Shown piece by piece: positions 56,152 to 59,507 of a DNA stretch of 59,507 nucleotides. Position 1 is the stretch's first letter; each line of letters starts with the position of its first letter. The stretch is from a virus. Taxonomy: Duplodnaviria > Caudoviricetes. A program made the position numbers and the translations under genes. Location: positions 1 through 59,507 of the IMG/VR virus record IMGVR_UViG_3300025098_000043; one strand, given 5' to 3'. The notes under the pieces were generated by a model. The model saw nothing but the letters and a program-made list of their open reading frames with translations. It did no database searches and was not told the DNA's origin.

Positions 56152-59100
56152 TTAAGCGTAAGTGTTGTTGATGGAGCTTCCGAATGCTTCTACTGATACT
56201 CTTGGTGTGTAGCTCTTTGTCCCTGATCTAGATTTGAATGTAAAGGTTATGGTGGACCCGTTAGCTGATGCGGTTACATCAAAATCGTTTGTTCCTTCGT
56301 CGATTACCTTTTGGGTGTTCCATGTCCCACTAACATTGTAACAACTGTAAACAATCTTTTGGTAATCTCCAGTATGCCCGAAGCAGGTGAACGTGAAGCC
56401 AGCAGAAGCTCCATTACCCGCTGGGAAGCTAGTTAATCCAGCCACTGCATAGCCAGTCGTGGTGAGGGAACCAGCAGACTTATGGTATGTGACCTTACCA
56501 CCAGCGCGGATACCGCCGTTGACATCTAGTTTGTAAGACGGGCTACTTGATCCTACGCCAACTCTATCGTATGCGCTATCCACAAACAGCGTGTATGAAT
56601 CAAATTGAACGTCGCCTGTTATTGATAAAGTGCCTTGGTCATTTAAAAGCGAACCTCTAACTCGTAAGGCATTTTGGACATAAGCTCCTCCACCAGAACT
56701 AACATAAAAATAGCCTTGCGGAACTGTTACTACACCACTATCTGTAACTTGCAGAAGTTCAGTATTAGAACTATTCCTAACTCGTAGAGCCGCCCCACTT
56801 CCTGTCCCTGATCCAATGATTTCTAATTTGGCATCAGGGTCAGTTACTCCTATACCGACGTTGCCTCCCCCCTTTATTCTTAAACCCTCTATGGCTGTAT
56901 CTGCCGTTGCAGTTTTAAAAACTATATCTCCATTAGCATTATTCCAAGTGTTACTTATTATTAAGTTTCCTGTAGAAGCTGCGTCGTAATCAATAACACC
57001 TCTGTATGCAGCGGTATTGCCAATATAGATTGTCCCATTAGCACTGTTGTTTGATCCCACTCTATCACTCCACCCAGAGACTTGTAATTGAGCGCCAGTT
57101 GAATTTGTTACACTTAATTGACCACTATAAATAACTACTTCTCCAGTGGAACTAATACGCATTCTTTCTGTACCTGATGTAGAGAAACCTAAAGCATTTG
57201 CAGCGGCACGGAACATCCCGTTATCAGGATCTCCGTAAAAACTGTGTGTTGGTGCAGCCGCTGAACCGTTGGTCGTACCTATTACACCTTGAACATGTAA
57301 TAATGTGCTGGCATCAGGGTTAGTCGTTCCTATGCCTACTCTGCCGCCATCCCCATCAACCGTTAGTCTATCAGCCCCACCTGCGAAGACCCTGATGTCG
57401 TTGCCATTCCTATAAATGTATTCTCCTTCAGAAGTTGATGATCCAAAGACAAATCCAGCAGGGCCGCCAGAATAAACATTACCAGATGAGACTGTGCTGC
57501 CCGTTAGGGACACACCCCAAGTTTCTGTTTGCAGCTTCTTGGAATTGTCGAAGTAAAGTTCAACAGCACCATTAGCTATCGCTACAAGCATATTTTCGTT
57601 GGTACTCGAAAGTAAAGCTGTTGCACTATTAGATCTTATTCTTAAGTCACCAGCGCCTACCTCATCTATGTAACTATGTGAAGCATCATGGTAGATTGCT
57701 AAGTCATAACTTGCCCCCATCCGAATACGCCCATTATCAGGCATATCCAAATAACCATTCCCATACAACTGGATTCCGTCAATCGTGGTGGCGAACTTCT
57801 TATTACTGTCATAATATAAATCTACAGAACCTCCATCTTTAAACTCTGCTTGAAGGCTGCTCATATCAGCATCATAAATTCTTGTAGCAGAACCTGATAT
57901 TCTTAACTCGCCAGTTCCAACGTCTTTTATATAGCTATCTGAACCATCATGGTAGATTTGTAAATCGTTACCATGACCGAAAGTTATCCTTCCGAAACTA
58001 GTGCTAGACGAATCAAGTAGTTGAATATTACCAGCAACATAAATACCGCTAGATGTTGTCTCTAATTTTGCAGAACCATTATGGTATAAGTTTACCGCAC
58101 CACCTTGATGAGCGACCAACATAGCAGAAGAATCTGCTCCCAGTAATCTTAAGCTGTTGCTTTGTATATTTAAATTACCTGTCCCAGTATCTTGAATGTA
58201 GGAATTACTACCATCATGGAATATCTGGAGATCCTGACTTGCGCCAAGTTTGAGCTTGGCTGTGTCATTAGCAATTAAGAGATCTTTGTAGGCTTGAAGA
58301 GTCGTTGAGCCTCCATCTATTCTTAAGTATTCTGTTATGCCACCAAATCCATCATCTGATTTAAAAATAATATCAGCATCATTAGTAAACTGTCTTATTT
58401 CTATATTACCAGAAAAGTTATCGAAATAACTTATACCATTATGATAAATTCTAAAATCATGGCCGTTACCAAATACTAAATGCGACGAATCAGGAAATAC
58501 TGTAAACGGGAAAGCACCGCCAGCACCCCCCTGTAACTCAAAATAATTTTCATAACCACCAGAACCATTATCGTTTTGGAAGATAATACTCTTATCGTCA
58601 GCAAGGTTTCTAATGTAGATGTGTCCTGTAGTATTCTCTAAATATGAGTTTGTGCCGTCATGGAAGATTCCTAAATCCCCATTGTTTCCATATTTAGAAG
58701 CGACACCATCTACAAATCTAATTTCTCTTGATGCATACATTCTTGCATCGCCACCATCTAGTCGTAAGTATTCTGTTACACCACCTGAGCCGTCATCAGA
58801 TATAAATTGTATATCCCCGTCATCAGCGTTGTTATAAATCTGTAGGTTGCCTGTTGTGTTATTTAGAACACTATTAGAACCATCATGGTAAACCTGTAAG
58901 TCGTTGCTCGCACCGAAAAATAGAATACCTTGTCCGCTACCAGTCGCGTCAGGTAGTTTGATATTACCTGCAAAAGTCGCAGTGTTTGCAGCGTCTAATG
59001 TTAAAACATCACTTCCATTTGTTGCAAAAACAATTTTATCATTAGTGGAAGGAAATTGTATATAAGTATTTGTATCTCCAGTATGTATTAATTTTTCGGC

Positions 59101-59507
59101 AATACTTACATTACCTGTAAACGTAGGGCTAGCTAAGTTAGCTTTGAGATTCAAAAACCCATTCGTTTCAGTCTTTGTATAGTAATCTCCTAAAGCACTC
59201 GCAGCAGCGAAAGCACTCGTAGCACTAAAAGCGGCAGTACCTAAAACCCTTTTCCCAACTACGCCGTTACTCTTAATCATCAAAGCGGTTACATCTGAGC
59301 CGCTGTAAGGAGATAAAGCCGTAAGAGTTAAGTTAGGCGCTGTAGGCGTACCTGTAAATACAGGGCTAGCTAAGTTAGCTTTGAGATTCAAAAACCCATT
59401 CGTTTCAGTCTTTGTATAGTAATCTCCTAAAGCACTCGCAGCAGCGAAGTCTGAAGTAGCACTAAAAGCGGCAGACCCTAAAACCCTTTTCCCAACTACG
59501 CCGTTAC
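56152..59507 (-). CDS. Tail fibre protein 2, C-terminal part (about 1498 aa in total with 1..1147 if the 6-nt end overlap is removed)
   Basis: The frame is open from the window end and in frame with the 1..1147 segment. It contains repeated DLQ(I/V)YHDGSNSY-type and G(N/R)VGIG motifs and is Gly/Ser/Thr/Asn-rich. Confidence 0.85.
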   Translation of the reverse strand, partial: NGVVGKRVLGSAAFSATSDFAAASALGDYYTKTETNGFLNLKANLASPVFTGTPTAPNLTLTALSPYSGSDVTALMIKSNGVVGKRVLGTAAFSATSAFAAASALGDYYTKTETNGFLNLKANLASPTFTGNVSIAEKLIHTGDTNTYIQFPSTNDKIVFATNGSDVLTLDAANTATFAGNIKLPDATGSGQGILFFGASNDLQVYHDGSNSVLNNTTGNLQIYNNADDGDIQFISDDGSGGVTEYLRLDGGDARMYASREIRFVDGVASKYGNNGDLGIFHDGTNSYLENTTGHIYIRNLADDKSIIFQNDNGSGGYENYFELQGGAGGAFPFTVFPDSSHLVFGNGHDFRIYHNGISYFDNFSGNIEIRQFTNDADIIFKSDDGFGGITEYLRIDGGSTTLQAYKDLLIANDTAKLKLGASQDLQIFHDGSNSYIQDTGTGNLNIQSNSLRLLGADSSAMLVAHQGGAVNLYHNGSAKLETTSSGIYVAGNIQLLDSSSTSFGRITFGHGNDLQIYHDGSDSYIKDVGTGELRISGSATRIYDADMSSLQAEFKDGGSVDLYYDSNKKFATTIDGIQLYGNGYLDMPDNGRIRMGASYDLAIYHDASHSYIDEVGAGDLRIRSNSATALLSSTNENMLVAIANGAVELYFDNSKKLQTETWGVSLTGSTVSSGNVYSGGPAGFVFGSSTSEGEYIYRNGNDIRVFAGGADRLTVDGDGGRVGIGTTNPDASTLLHVQGVIGTTNGSAAAPTHSFYGDPDNGMFRAAANALGFSTSGTERMRISSTGEVVIYSGQLSVTNSTGAQLQVSGWSDRVGSNNSANGTIYIGNTAAYRGVIDYDAASTGNLIISNTWNNANGDIVFKTATADTAIEGLRIKGGGNVGIGVTDPDAKLEIIGSGTGSGAALRVRNSSNTELLQVTDSGVVTVPQGYFYVSSGGGAYVQNALRVRGSLLNDQGTLSITGDVQFDSYTLFVDSAYDRVGVGSSSPSYKLDVNGGIRAGGKVTYHKSAGSLTTTGYAVAGLTSFPAGNGASAGFTFTCFGHTGDYQKIVYSCYNVSGTWNTQKVIDEGTNDFDVTASANGSTITFTFKSRSGTKSYTPRVSVEAFGSSINNTYA
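59125..59507. repeat. 237-bp (79-codon) tandem repeat in tail fibre 2, continuing into bases 1-108
   Basis: 59125-59270 is nearly identical to 59362-59507, and 1-108 is identical to 59265-59372. Confidence 0.9.

Noticed and set aside
51276-59507. Diversity-generating retroelement or invertase shufflon acting on the fibres
   Set aside because: No reverse transcriptase, no adenine-specific TR/VR pair, no invertase, and all modules are in direct orientation and in frame.

Overview
This window is very likely a complete, circularly permuted ~59.5-kb tailed-phage genome with a podovirus-like layout: portal, scaffold, major capsid, large internal virion proteins, no tape-measure or sheath gene seen. 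The two window ends join in-frame inside a tail-fibre gene. There are four blocks: (1) minus-strand head genes (portal, scaffold, capsid) running across the junction into two large tail fibres, a tail protein with a trypsin-like protease domain, two poly-Ser proteins, two glycosyltransferases, a putative adaptor and a lysis cassette; (2) a plus-strand early/accessory region (9.5-16.9 kb); (3) minus-strand TerL and internal virion proteins, including a 3517-aa polyvalent-type protein; (4) a plus-strand replication module (RuvC-like, SF2 helicase, Cas4-like nuclease, SSB-like, PolA, primase-helicase). I saw no integrase, repressor, RNA polymerase, tRNA or CRISPR array. The most unusual signals are eight copies of a 16-bp inverted repeat (ACTAGTG-NN-CACTAGT) that punctuate the early genes like cassette boundaries, and three copies of a 74-bp nested palindrome, each fused to a stop codon, two of which bracket that array in inverted orientation. 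Also notable are GT25/GT8 genes coupled to poly-Ser proteins (candidate virion glycosylation) and a tail fibre whose 16 modules share a nucleotide-conserved junction. All product calls come from motif recognition and synteny; no database searches were run.
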